The translations under genes were made by a program, and so were the position numbers. Below are positions 20,594-30,027 of a stretch of DNA of 64,000 bases, piece by piece. Each line of letters begins with the position of its first letter. Positions within the stretch are counted from its first letter, which is position 1. This DNA is from an uncultured virus (IMG/VR IMGVR_UViG_3300032087_003848) (lineage: Duplodnaviria; Heunggongvirae; Uroviricota; Caudoviricetes), in the IMG/VR virus record IMGVR_UViG_3300032087_003848, one strand, 5' to 3'. A model generated the notes under the pieces. It had not been told where the DNA came from. It did not search any database and saw only the letters and a list, made by a program, of their open reading frames with translations.

Positions 20594-21055
20594 TCATGTT
20601 TTGCGGAAGTCTATATCAGCATCTAAATCTTGAGATTGTGTAGCAAACTTCATTCGCTTCATGTCATCATAATCCATCTTTCCCCAATTATAACAAACAA
20701 CTCTGAATACTTGATATTTAGGCCGAGGTGGATGTTGGTAAACACCATAGGCTACTTTATAGTCATAATTCATACCATTAATATTTTTTATTGTTTTATA
20801 ACCAATTTTGGTTTTTCCTTTTTTTGCTGATTCTAAATCTTCTAATATAGCACAAGCGACTTCTTCAGGAATAGAGAAAAAGGAGAAATAACCATCTGCT
20901 CTTGCATGAGGATGATTCTTTGCTTTGTCATAATATTCTTTTAATTTCTTAAGACAATCAGATTCCTCTTCTTCGGGGACAGTTTCATCACCCCAATCCA
21001 AATTAATCATTTGTCTTGAAGACTGATTTACGTTTTTTAGAATATCAAACCACAT
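20594..21055 (-). CDS. Paralog-array member (INLDW family)
   Basis: MWFDILK..QSSRQMINLDW..DCLKKL..PEEVAC. Confidence 0.8.
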   Translation of the reverse strand: MWFDILKNVNQSSRQMINLDWGDETVPEEEESDCLKKLKEYYDKAKNHPHARADGYFSFFSIPEEVACAILEDLESAKKGKTKIGYKTIKNINGMNYDYKVAYGVYQHPPRPKYQVFRVVCYNWGKMDYDDMKRMKFATQSQDLDADIDFRKT

Positions 21056-21662
21056 TGAAAACCGCCCTCGCTCTTTCTGCTAACTCTTCGAGTTTTTTAT
21101 TTTGTTCATCATTTTCATCTGTATATCCATCTTTGTCTTTCTTTTCTGTGGTAATGACTATGCTACAAAATTTCAACGGAACATTTCTTTCCATTAATAC
21201 CATAGTCCTACCGAGAAGAAATCTAGAATTTGTTTTATCAACCATACCAATTATATCATCATCATGAACAACATTAACTGCACCTTGACCCAAAGGTATC
21301 TTATTGAATGATTCTAACATCCGACAAACACGTTCTTCGGAAGAATTTTTATCTAAATATTCCCAAGCAATACTTATTCTATATGTAGCATTTGAACCGG
21401 GATATGTCCAAGTGGGTTTTTTTCTATCACCCTGTTTATAGAAAGTAATTTTATTTTCTTTAACATCGGTTTCCCATCCTCCGGTATCATCTTCTATTAG
21501 ATAGTCTTTAACAATATGACTAAAGGATTCATTCTTCTTACATTGAGCATTCCATCGTTTAATACAATCCTCTTCTTCCTCTTCAATATCTTCTTCCCAA
21601 TCAAGATTAATCATTCCCCTAGAAACCTGTTGTTGGTTTTTAATTATGTCCCACCACATCAT
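21045..21662 (-). CDS. Paralog-array member
   Basis: WWDIIK..SRGMINLDWEE..DCIKR..EERVC. Confidence 0.8.
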   Translation of the reverse strand: MMWWDIIKNQQQVSRGMINLDWEEDIEEEEEDCIKRWNAQCKKNESFSHIVKDYLIEDDTGGWETDVKENKITFYKQGDRKKPTWTYPGSNATYRISIAWEYLDKNSSEERVCRMLESFNKIPLGQGAVNVVHDDDIIGMVDKTNSRFLLGRTMVLMERNVPLKFCSIVITTEKKDKDGYTDENDEQNKKLEELAERARAVFNVV

Positions 21663-22321
21663 AACATCCCCCTAATTTTTTCGGCTATGTTAACACAACT
21701 GCTAGAAATTGATTCATGAATAAGCCGTGAATTTATCTTGCCTACGCCGGGAGTAAATTCTTTTGATTCTGTATATCGTAAAGGCCTGCAAAGAAACTTA
21801 AAGAATACAAATATGTCATTATTCCAATCCTCTAAACTAACTCTTGCTATAAACCCATCATCATCATATCTAGTTTTAGTATTATACTTTATTTCCATGT
21901 TTGGCCTTAAATTAAGTGAGCCTCTTGTGTCTTTTCTAGATATAGCATCACCTAGCGTTTCCTTCACCTTCTCATTGAATGCACAGGCTTCGTCTTCTGA
22001 TAATTTATCTATATCTCCAACATCAATTTCAACAGTAACGGCACTTCTAGTAAATCTATCTTTACTAGATTTGAAAGGCATTCTTTTATCTAACCACCCA
22101 CCACTGTCATATTCATCTGTAAAATCAAAGGCTTTAACTTCATTTCCGAAAGTAAACTCAATACCATTAAGAGAAGAAAGATATTGATGAACTGCCCTTA
22201 ATTTCTTTTTACAATCTTCTTCCTCTTGTTCTGAATCGGGAACCATCTCTTCATCCCAATCAAGACTAATCATTTCCTTAGAGGCCTGTCTAGTTTCTTT
22301 GATTATTTCCCACCACCACAT
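21659..22321 (-). CDS. Paralog-array member
   Basis: WWEIIK..SKEMISLDWDEE..DCKKKL..EDEAC; ends KIRGML. Confidence 0.8.
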   Translation of the reverse strand: MWWWEIIKETRQASKEMISLDWDEEMVPDSEQEEEDCKKKLRAVHQYLSSLNGIEFTFGNEVKAFDFTDEYDSGGWLDKRMPFKSSKDRFTRSAVTVEIDVGDIDKLSEDEACAFNEKVKETLGDAISRKDTRGSLNLRPNMEIKYNTKTRYDDDGFIARVSLEDWNNDIFVFFKFLCRPLRYTESKEFTPGVGKINSRLIHESISSSCVNIAEKIRGML

Positions 22322-22325
22322 TTTA

Positions 22326-22796
22326 TCACCTCCAATCTAATTCTTTAGGGTCAATGCCTACTCTTTCTTGACTACCGTATTTGGGAGCAGTTGTTCCGAA
22401 ATAAATAGTTTTGTGGCCTGCACCTCTCTTAAAAGTAACAAAGAGAAAACTTTTTTCATTCCAAACCATTTGTATTGTATATCCTTCAAAATCAGTAACT
22501 ATTGAATCAGTTATTATTCTTAATCTTTCATCCCTAGATGAGTATGGGGTTGTAAATTCGGCATCTGCAATCATCTCTAAAGATTTACACGCTACACTTT
22601 CCGGCAAATCTTTAATTTTCCAACTGTGAAAATCAGAAAAATAATATTTATGTTGTGTTACCTTTTCATACAGTTGTCTTAATCTCTTAACACAACTGTC
22701 TTCTTCTGCTTCCGGTTGAATTTCTTCATCCCAATCTAAGTTTATCAACTGTCTAGAAGTTTGCTTAGATTCTTTAAGGATATCAAACCACATCAT
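22326..22796 (-). CDS. Paralog-array member
   Basis: WFDILK..SRQLINLDWDEE..SCVKRL..PESVAC; ends ELDWR. Confidence 0.8.
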   Translation of the reverse strand: MMWFDILKESKQTSRQLINLDWDEEIQPEAEEDSCVKRLRQLYEKVTQHKYYFSDFHSWKIKDLPESVACKSLEMIADAEFTTPYSSRDERLRIITDSIVTDFEGYTIQMVWNEKSFLFVTFKRGAGHKTIYFGTTAPKYGSQERVGIDPKELDWR

Positions 22797-23365
22797 AACA
22801 TCCCCTTAATTTTTGTAACTAGAGAAACTATTTCATCAGAAATCGTGTCATATTCTTTTCTAAAAGGAAAATATGCTATGCTAAACTCTAAACTAAAATA
22901 ATTATCTTCTTTCGCAATAAACGAAACATCACCATTAAAACCAAGTTTATTAGGGGCATGATAAACTCTCGCATAAGAGTAAGACCCTTCGCCGTCACGC
23001 ACAGGAATACGTTCTTTTAGTTCCTTTTCATCAATAATTGCTTGACAGACCTGTTTTATATATTCATTAAATGTGCAAACTTCTTCATTGGAAAACTTAT
23101 CAAGAAACTGAAGATGAATCAATATATGAAACTTAGGATGAAGTCCCAACTCAAAATTATTAACGAATCTAGTAAAAGAACGTTGTCCATTATCTTGAGT
23201 TTCATTAAACTTAATATCATTAGAGGAACGAATATACTCATAAACTGAAAGAAGTTTCTTTTTACAATCTTCTTCCTCTTGCATTGGGACTGCTTCTTCT
23301 TCCCAATCTAAGTTTATCATTTCCTTAGACCGTTGTTGGGCTTTGATGATATTCCACCACATCAT
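22793..23365 (-). CDS. Paralog-array member
   Basis: WWNIIK..SKEMINLDWEEE..DCKKKL..NEEVC; ends KIKGML. Confidence 0.8.
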   Translation of the reverse strand: MMWWNIIKAQQRSKEMINLDWEEEAVPMQEEEDCKKKLLSVYEYIRSSNDIKFNETQDNGQRSFTRFVNNFELGLHPKFHILIHLQFLDKFSNEEVCTFNEYIKQVCQAIIDEKELKERIPVRDGEGSYSYARVYHAPNKLGFNGDVSFIAKEDNYFSLEFSIAYFPFRKEYDTISDEIVSLVTKIKGML

Positions 23366-23988
23366 AACATACCCCTAACTTTTTCTAAAAAGGCTCTAAT
23401 ACCGTCTTCTTCAATAGCAGGAGGATAAGGCATCCAATACATACTTATAGAAAATCTAGTATTACTCCCAACTGATGCTCCTGCATCTAATATTTTTGCA
23501 TTAAGCATGTGCTGACTGCCCTTTAGTTTACTCATTGTTCCTCGATTACTACCTGATAAAATATCAAATTCACCTACGTTTACTCTGCCACCTGCATTAG
23601 GAAGTTGTGGTTTATAGTCTATAGATTCGGGAGTGTCTAAATGAGCGATAGAATGGTCTAATACCTTCTCAAATTCTGCTAAAAAAACACATGCTGCTTC
23701 TTCAGTAAAAGAGTCCATTCCTCGATGATACGCCGTAATGTAAAGTGACATGTAAGGGTCTTGTCTTCGGCCATGAGTATAGCGTTGACCGAAGGCTTCA
23801 CCTTTGTCTAAATTAACCGCTTGATATTCAAAAGGCAAATCCTTGTTAGTTTTTAGAAAATCAAATAATTTCTGCAATCTATCTTTACATTTTTCATCTT
23901 CTTCTTCGGGTATCTGTTCTTCATCCCAATCTAGGTTAATTACTTCTTTAGAAGTCTGCCTAATATTTTTCAAAATATCCCACCACAT
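23362..23988 (-). CDS. Paralog-array member
   Basis: WWDILK..SKEVINLDWDEE..KCKDRL..EEAAC; ends KVRGML. Confidence 0.8.
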   Translation of the reverse strand: MWWDILKNIRQTSKEVINLDWDEEQIPEEEDEKCKDRLQKLFDFLKTNKDLPFEYQAVNLDKGEAFGQRYTHGRRQDPYMSLYITAYHRGMDSFTEEAACVFLAEFEKVLDHSIAHLDTPESIDYKPQLPNAGGRVNVGEFDILSGSNRGTMSKLKGSQHMLNAKILDAGASVGSNTRFSISMYWMPYPPAIEEDGIRAFLEKVRGML

Positions 23989-23992
23989 ATTA

Positions 23993-24706
23993 TCAATTCC
24001 AATATTGTGTTTCTATCGTTTCTTTTATAACTGATAGAATTTTTTTATCTAACGGCTTATCTTCTTCATTGAGTTCACCGGCCCAATAAAACCACTGTTC
24101 AGCAAGTGCATCAATACAATAGTCCGATAAATTGGGATTATTAGTATGGTTAATAAGTTCTTTTAAGAATTGGCACATCCTTCTTGTCCATGTATTTTTC
24201 CCACGATTAAACCTACTAACAAATGAATTTTTTTGAATAAAGTGTTCATCAGTGCCCTTTCTTGAATTAATTCTCTCTATCTCCATTTCAGGAGGACATC
24301 TAGCCCATGTTCTAGTAAGGCCCGAATTCATAAAATATTCAGGTGTGTCTTCTTTCCCAATAAAAATAAATATATCAAACCAACCTGTTCCTACTTTACT
24401 TGGTCTTAATTCAAAAGAAATGCCAACGTTAATGCCGCCTTCATTGAAATCTATACTTGGACTAGGAATATCTTGTTGAAATTTCTGCTTAACTAAACAA
24501 GCCACTTCATTAGGAATTTTATTTGTTATTGGCCCTTGAGGAATACGATGCGTAACTAAATCGTCATACTTAACAATAATATTATGATATTCCACAAGCC
24601 ACTTTAAACAGTCTTCATCTTCTATGGAAATCGCTTCTTCATCCCAATCTAAATTGATTAATTGTCTAGAGGACTGTTTAGTGTCTTTAATGATATTCCA
24701 CCACAT
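23993..24706 (-). CDS. Paralog-array member
   Basis: WWNIIK..SRQLINLDWDEE..DCLKWL..PNEVAC. Confidence 0.8.
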   Translation of the reverse strand: MWWNIIKDTKQSSRQLINLDWDEEAISIEDEDCLKWLVEYHNIIVKYDDLVTHRIPQGPITNKIPNEVACLVKQKFQQDIPSPSIDFNEGGINVGISFELRPSKVGTGWFDIFIFIGKEDTPEYFMNSGLTRTWARCPPEMEIERINSRKGTDEHFIQKNSFVSRFNRGKNTWTRRMCQFLKELINHTNNPNLSDYCIDALAEQWFYWAGELNEEDKPLDKKILSVIKETIETQYWN

Positions 24707-24707
24707 G

Positions 24708-25139
24708 TTACCTCCAATCTAATTCTTCAAGTGTGTATTTTTCGTCTTTATTATGGGCATATATTCCAAGCACAGTTGGTCCACCATGAAGCGGTCTATC
24801 TGGGAAAATAGTAATACCGAAACCGGTTATATCATATACACACACAATATAATATCCATCTATTATATCAGAAAAAGCAGTATCATCTTTTCCTAATCGC
24901 TTAATAAAGTCTAAAGCCCTACATGCCACTGCTTCCGGCATGTCTTTCATCGTAGGGTTAGGAAATTTGGTTTCTGTTTCTCTAATAACAGGATGATTTT
25001 TTGCTTTCTCAACCACCCTTCTTAATTCCTTAATGCAGGTATCTTTGTCCTTCTCCGGTAATTGTTCTTCATCCCAATTTAAATTCACTATCTCTCTAGA
25101 AGTGGTTTTAGACTCCTTCAAGATAGAACGCCAAGACAA
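24708..25139 (-). CDS. Paralog-array member
   Basis: WRSILK..SREIVNLNWDEE..TCIKEL..PEAVAC; ends ELDWR. Confidence 0.8.
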   Translation of the reverse strand: MSWRSILKESKTTSREIVNLNWDEEQLPEKDKDTCIKELRRVVEKAKNHPVIRETETKFPNPTMKDMPEAVACRALDFIKRLGKDDTAFSDIIDGYYIVCVYDITGFGITIFPDRPLHGGPTVLGIYAHNKDEKYTLEELDWR

Positions 25140-25143
25140 AGCA

Positions 25144-25812
25144 TCACCTTCTCAATTGATTAAACCATTCAGACTTAAAAAATTCTGAGAAGTCCTTTCC
25201 TTCAAATCTCATATCAGAAAAGTCACCTTCTTCATCCGGCACACTAATTTCGGTTCTTTCTTCTCTAAGGTCGGCATCTTCTAATAGGTTTTTACCCTCG
25301 TTGTATGCATATGTTATGACTAAAGCCATGATATAATTTATGAAATTCCTACTTTTATCACTAGATAAGATTCCTTTCAATATATACTCCATTTCAATAC
25401 TTAAATCTAAATCTTTAGAAACGGCATTAGTCACACCTTGAATCACTCTTTCTGTCACTGTTGCAGGGATTTGCATAGGGGCTTGTTCACTATCGAAATC
25501 CATTTCTTGAAGGTCTTCTTCTGTGAATTTAGTCTTGACATCTGTTTCTTGATATTCTTTAAATGCTGCTAGAATTATACCACCGGTAGTTTTAGACGCA
25601 ATTTCAATTTGAGAAGATTCAAGAAATGGCCCATCTTCGGCTCGCAAACCTTCTTTCTCCGGGGTTTCTGTTCTGCTAAGAGTGTCCATCATTTCAGTAA
25701 GATAGGAATTGGTTGCTTTGTAAATACCGTTTCCAACTCCATCAGATAATTTTTCTAAAAGCCTCTCTAGACGCTTATTTCCATGCTGCATTACTTCTCT
25801 TATATCCACCAT
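25144..25812 (-). CDS. Acidic hypothetical protein
   Basis: 222 aa ORF; ends KSEWFNQLRR. Confidence 0.7.
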   Translation of the reverse strand: MVDIREVMQHGNKRLERLLEKLSDGVGNGIYKATNSYLTEMMDTLSRTETPEKEGLRAEDGPFLESSQIEIASKTTGGIILAAFKEYQETDVKTKFTEEDLQEMDFDSEQAPMQIPATVTERVIQGVTNAVSKDLDLSIEMEYILKGILSSDKSRNFINYIMALVITYAYNEGKNLLEDADLREERTEISVPDEEGDFSDMRFEGKDFSEFFKSEWFNQLRR

Positions 25813-25821
25813 TTTATCATC

Positions 25822-26391
25822 TCAAAGTATAATTTTATCTGTTGCCGTAAATTCACGAACCAAAGTCCCAATAATTTGGCCGTCTAACTTTTGTATTTCT
25901 TGGGACTTCTCTATATTCTTTAAACGTTCCTGTATTAAAGTAAGAAATGTGTCTTTCACTAACTTAGTCAAAACATCATCCAATTGAGGATTAAATCCAC
26001 TTTGGTCAAAAACATCAACTTTAGCATCGCTAGGGTCCTTTTGTGCTATTCTAGCATATCTCGCTCTTGCATTATTACTATAATTAACAAAATCTATACC
26101 ATTATAATATACAAACTTACCATTCTGAATTCCAAAAATATTTCCTTTTCCTACATCAACAAAAGTAGTATTTGGGTATTTCTCAAGAATTCTCAAAAAC
26201 TCGGTTTTATTCCCTCCCAATTCAGCCTCATCCATAGACTGAATTTTGTCTATCATAGTAGCGGTGTTTCCATATAGTTTCGTATTTTGTTTAATTCTAT
26301 TCAAATATTTCTCTGCGTAAAGAAGGGCTAACTCTTCAACAAATTCGTCAATATCCTCATTCACAAATACTTTGAGAATATCTTGCCACAT
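25822..26391 (-). CDS. WxxILK-tag protein
   Basis: MWQDILKV, GGAG RBS. Confidence 0.7.
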   Translation of the reverse strand: MWQDILKVFVNEDIDEFVEELALLYAEKYLNRIKQNTKLYGNTATMIDKIQSMDEAELGGNKTEFLRILEKYPNTTFVDVGKGNIFGIQNGKFVYYNGIDFVNYSNNARARYARIAQKDPSDAKVDVFDQSGFNPQLDDVLTKLVKDTFLTLIQERLKNIEKSQEIQKLDGQIIGTLVREFTATDKIIL

Positions 26392-26554
26392 GCTAATTTC
26401 TCCAAAAAATTTTGGGGGATTTTTTTTAACCTATTCATTAAATTTCTCAAAAAATGTGGCGGAATTTATTTGGCACTTGCGCCCGGTTTTAAATTTTATG
26501 TTTTATATTCCCAGAATAAGAATCAGTGGTTTTAATTATTAGGCTTTTATTTAT

Positions 26555-26758
26555 TTAATTTAAATCTAATTTAGTTTGTTTAGTATCTGTATTAACTTTA
26601 GGTATTGTTTCTTGTTCTTTAGATTTCTTCTTTTTAGGTATTTTCTTGAATTTCCAATCTTCTAAAGGCTTACCTGTTTGTGCCCCTGCGGTTATTTCTT
26701 TAGGTAATTTAGATTGTTTATTTTTAATTACAGTAAACCAACTTGGAGTATCTGTCAT
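26555..26758 (-). CDS. Small basic protein with tag variant
   Basis: MTDTPSWFTVIKN. Confidence 0.5.
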   Translation of the reverse strand: MTDTPSWFTVIKNKQSKLPKEITAGAQTGKPLEDWKFKKIPKKKKSKEQETIPKVNTDTKQTKLDLN

Positions 26759-26890
26759 GTGAACAATACTGTGCAAAGTGGCTTTGGTTATAATCGTTCT
26801 GTTATAGAACAGTAAAATAGGCTCGAAACTGTTAAAATATGACGATTTAGGCCTTATGCTTTAAAACAGAACAAAATAAAAATTTTGGAA

Positions 26891-26938
26891 CAAAGCCATA
26901 TGGTTGTAAATTACTTTGTAAACGCAGGTTTTACAACC
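26891..26938. repeat. Cassette-boundary element 1
   Basis: CAAAG-CCATATGGT-N9-CTTTG; ggttgtaaa/tttacaacc stem. Confidence 0.85.
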
Positions 26939-26964
26939 CTATATTTCCTATTCGGGTTTTTATT

Positions 26965-27365
26965 GTCTAAGGGGCACTTTGGACAGGGATTGACTGAATA
27001 AAGATACGGACAGGTCTTAAAGTGAACATATCGAGGTGGTTCTCGCCGATAGTGTGTTACAAAGCGGTTTAGTCGCCGACTTTGAAACATAACCGGTAAA
27101 GTTGAGTTGTGACCAACTTAATTCTCAATATATGTTGCAGTGGAGGTTTATCAGAACATTGACTGTTCGACAAAACCCTCCCTTATCGGTAATCAATTAA
27201 ATCCGATATCCCACCCATTATATTCCCATATGGAGAAACGAAGCCGAACAGGTCAGGTATATAGGTCAAAATTAGTTTTGAGGTTATTTGCTAGCAATAT
27301 CCCAACTAATAGAAGTCCGAAGATTAGTAAATCCTAGACACTTAGTAGGCGGAGTTTCTTCTTTA
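26965..27365 (+). ncRNA. Candidate ~400 nt structured RNA or long leader
   Basis: No convincing ORF; several hairpins; TATA-like sequence at ~26940. Confidence 0.4.
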
Positions 27366-27377
27366 CAGGTGATTAAC

Positions 27378-27620
27378 ATGAGAAGGGCACAAAAAAACGG
27401 TAATTTGAAAGTCAGACATAACAACTATCTTCAGAAAGAAAGAAGAAGAGTGATTATTGCACAGCGAATTAAGATTAGAACAATGTGGGCTAAGGCTGAT
27501 TGGTCGGGTATGTCACAATCACAGGCTCTAAGATTCTTTAAGGGATATTACCCAACATCTGCTATTAAGAAAGCAGCCAAGATTAAGTGTGGGCCTCGAC
27601 TATCCTCCTTATGGGAGTGA
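27378..27620 (+). CDS. Small basic protein (cassette 1)
   Basis: AGGTGA RBS before ATG 27378. Confidence 0.7.
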   Translation: MRRAQKNGNLKVRHNNYLQKERRRVIIAQRIKIRTMWAKADWSGMSQSQALRFFKGYYPTSAIKKAAKIKCGPRLSSLWE

Positions 27621-27648
27621 TAGTTGGGGTCTTCCTTGCTTAACAGCC

Positions 27649-27689
27649 CAAAGTGAAACAATACCATATGGTAGTGCTTTGCTGCTACC
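27649..27689. repeat. Cassette-boundary element 2
   Basis: CAAAG-N9-ACCATATGGT-N4-CTTTG. Confidence 0.85.
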
Positions 27690-27706
27690 CCAAGAGTGGG
27701 CTTGGC

Positions 27707-27925
27707 TCAAGTTTTGAAACTCTTGAGCCAAACCCTATCATGAGGCCATAATTCACGGCCAATACTTCGTAAAGCCAACCAATAAGCATCAATATGATAC
27801 CTATTGCTTGATTCATCAATAAGATTAAGTAAATTATTAATCGCTTCTTTGAGGTCCGGTTCAATTACCGATTCAATCATTAATTCATTTACTCTCTTTA
27901 TTCTTCCATCTAAATTACTTATCAT
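27707..27925 (-). CDS. hypothetical protein (cassette 2)
   Basis: GAGGTGA RBS. Confidence 0.7.
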   Translation of the reverse strand: MISNLDGRIKRVNELMIESVIEPDLKEAINNLLNLIDESSNRYHIDAYWLALRSIGRELWPHDRVWLKSFKT

Positions 27926-27934
27926 TTAATCACC

Positions 27935-28267
27935 TCAATACATCCCATAAAAGGAATGCCACTTTGTTATTTCTGTGGTTACACCTGTCCAATAGTCACC
28001 ATTCAAAAACCACATATAATTACGTTGTTGAATTCTTACCTTTGGTAATGCATTAAGTCGGCTTTTAGTTGTTGCAGTAGTCCATCCACAAGATGAAATA
28101 AATAGTCTGTTTTCGTTTGTAATAAAAGCAATACAATTCCCATGTAATAACATCTCTCTTGAACCGTCGTCATATACCTTTACTTTGGTATTGCCTCGGT
28201 TAAATCGGTTTCCATGTAATAGTGCTTTTGCCGCATCTCTGCTTATCTTTGACATGTAATTAGGCAT
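27935..28267 (-). CDS. Phage-type hypothetical protein (cassette 2)
   Basis: LHGNCIA..GWTTATTKSRLNAL motif. Confidence 0.75.
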   Translation of the reverse strand: MPNYMSKISRDAAKALLHGNRFNRGNTKVKVYDDGSREMLLHGNCIAFITNENRLFISSCGWTTATTKSRLNALPKVRIQQRNYMWFLNGDYWTGVTTEITKWHSFYGMY

Positions 28268-28301
28268 TAACGGCAGTATTAGTTGGGGAGTTCATTTCAT
28301 C

Positions 28302-28335
28302 AACAAAGTTGCTACCATATGGTAGTATCTTTGTT
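28302..28335. repeat. Cassette-boundary element 3
   Basis: AACAAAG-N5-ACCATATGGT-N5-CTTTGTT. Confidence 0.85.
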
Positions 28336-28437
28336 ACTTGGGTAGGGAGGGCTAAAAATGGTTTAGAGAAACCATAGGGGGCAAACCCCCCATGATTTCG
28401 ACTCCCCTAATGGGTGAAACTAGGCACTGCCAACCAA

Positions 28438-28995
28438 TCAAGCCTTCTCGGTCTTCTTTTCCGGCTTAGGTTTGATAGGTGGTGGATTAGGTGCATGTAG
28501 CGCACCTTCCAACAATTCGGTCCCTGCTGCATTATCTCGCTTTGCTTTGATTGATGCGTCTAATTCTTTGGTAACTAGAGTAATGATAGTTTCCTTCATT
28601 GACTCAAGTGCCCAATAGCCGCCCTTTCTAGCACTAGGCGTAATAACCAACCTCAGAACCTCTAAAACAGGGTCTTCTAATTCATTGATATGGGACTTAG
28701 CCACCTCAATATTATGAGACTTCCATTTTATTTGCTCATCAGTGTGGGCTATGGAACCGGTCTTAATAACCGGAAAATCATCAAAATATTTCCCGTTATT
28801 GCGAATTGTGTCCCATTCGCCTTGTCGTTCTTTCAATTCTGCGGGTTCGTCACCTTTGATGTCTTTTGCAAAGTCAATAGACATCTTGATGAGCGAAAGC
28901 CGCTTCTTCTGCTTCGAGTCCAATTGCGATTCGTCTTGAGCGTCAACCCATGTCTGAATGACAATTAGATGCTTGTTAAAGTTAGCCAACTTCAT
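28438..28995 (-). CDS. Cassette protein family member A
   Basis: MKLANF..WDTIRNNGKYFDDFP..TPSARKGG..PPP; paralog of 30100 and 31352. Confidence 0.75.
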   Translation of the reverse strand: MKLANFNKHLIVIQTWVDAQDESQLDSKQKKRLSLIKMSIDFAKDIKGDEPAELKERQGEWDTIRNNGKYFDDFPVIKTGSIAHTDEQIKWKSHNIEVAKSHINELEDPVLEVLRLVITPSARKGGYWALESMKETIITLVTKELDASIKAKRDNAAGTELLEGALHAPNPPPIKPKPEKKTEKA

Positions 28996-29045
28996 ACACT
29001 TTACCTCATAAAAGGACATTTAGCACACATTAGGGTGCTAAACGG

Positions 29046-29107
29046 CAAAGAACCGTTTGTTACCATATGGTTGTAAACTTCTTTGAAGACGTAGTGCATT
29101 TACAACC
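29046..29107. repeat. Cassette-boundary element 4
   Basis: CAAAG-N11-ACCATATGGT-N9-CTTTG; ggttgtaaa/tttacaacc stem. Confidence 0.85.
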
Positions 29108-29150
29108 TTGAAGATTGAATTAAGGATTTAATTACTAGGAGGCATATTAT

Positions 29151-29882
29151 ATGGTAACTTACAAGAGAAAGGTTGAGTTTGTCTATGGAAATAAGATGGA
29201 TGACTTGACCTTTAGAAAACTAGGAGCAGAATTACAGAAGAACGGGCTAACCATTATCTCTATGTTCAGAGACAATGTTGAATACGGTTTTAAGAAAGTA
29301 GCAACAACCAACATCTCTTATGATGTATTTGTTGCAGATGAAACAGTAGGCAGTTTTAGAGTATCTCAAGACGCAAGAGAAGCAGTTAGAATGTTAGAAA
29401 AACTAATTGATAAAAGACCAATTAACTCTAGGCTAGTATCTAATACAACCGCCAAGAAGCAATGGAAAGAAATCTTTGGTGACATATTAATGGTTGATAA
29501 GAAAATAATTCAATTAGACGGCTCTCAATCTATCTTTTGGGACAGAGACATCACCTATGAATTAGAAGATGATGAAGACGTTAAAATGAATGCTACGTTC
29601 AATAACAGTAATAGCGGCTTGAAATTAACTTTTGAAATAACATGGAAGCCTGAAAAGATTCAAAGAAAAGATGCCATTGAAGAAAAGATGGTTGACTTGA
29701 CATTGAATGATATTGCTACATTTCAAAAAGTAATTGAGAAGAAAATCAAACTCAAGAAGTTTGGTAGTTATGACATCAACGAACCTACAATCAATTGTAA
29801 GTTTGATGCTATGACACACACCTCTTCAGAGTGTGCGCCGGATATAATCCAAAAAGTGCGTGACGCTAAGAAGGGTCTTTGA
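29151..29882 (+). CDS. hypothetical protein (cassette 4)
   Basis: 243 aa, AGGAGG RBS, followed by hairpins and T-run (29913-29962). Confidence 0.8.
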   Translation: MVTYKRKVEFVYGNKMDDLTFRKLGAELQKNGLTIISMFRDNVEYGFKKVATTNISYDVFVADETVGSFRVSQDAREAVRMLEKLIDKRPINSRLVSNTTAKKQWKEIFGDILMVDKKIIQLDGSQSIFWDRDITYELEDDEDVKMNATFNNSNSGLKLTFEITWKPEKIQRKDAIEEKMVDLTLNDIATFQKVIEKKIKLKKFGSYDINEPTINCKFDAMTHTSSECAPDIIQKVRDAKKGL

Positions 29883-29967
29883 ATTCACATCTCCGTGTGA
29901 AGTAAACAAAAAAACCGGATTATACCTCCCGGTTTTCCTCTAGTTCGGGCTAGGGGTTTTTTACGGG

Positions 29968-30027
29968 CAAAGCAGTATCAACCATATGGTTGTTAATCGC
30001 TTTGCGAATGTAATGGTATTAACAACC
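29968..30027. repeat. Cassette-boundary element 5
   Basis: CAAAG-N8-ACCATATGGT-N9-CTTTG; ggttgttaat/attaacaacc stem. Confidence 0.85.

Noticed and set aside
20594..25139. Diversity-generating retroelement behind the paralog array
   Set aside because: No reverse transcriptase and no near-identical TR/VR pair with adenine-specific differences seen.
1366..26277. Plus-strand ORFs in the left arm (e.g. 1366-1875, 18290-18715, 21738-22187)
   Set aside because: Antisense shadows of minus-strand genes, rich in S/F/L, without RBS or motifs.
27226..27233. Seventh CCATATGG
   Set aside because: It lacks the flanking A/T and the CAAAG/CTTTG arms and breaks the spacing, so it was not counted as a boundary.
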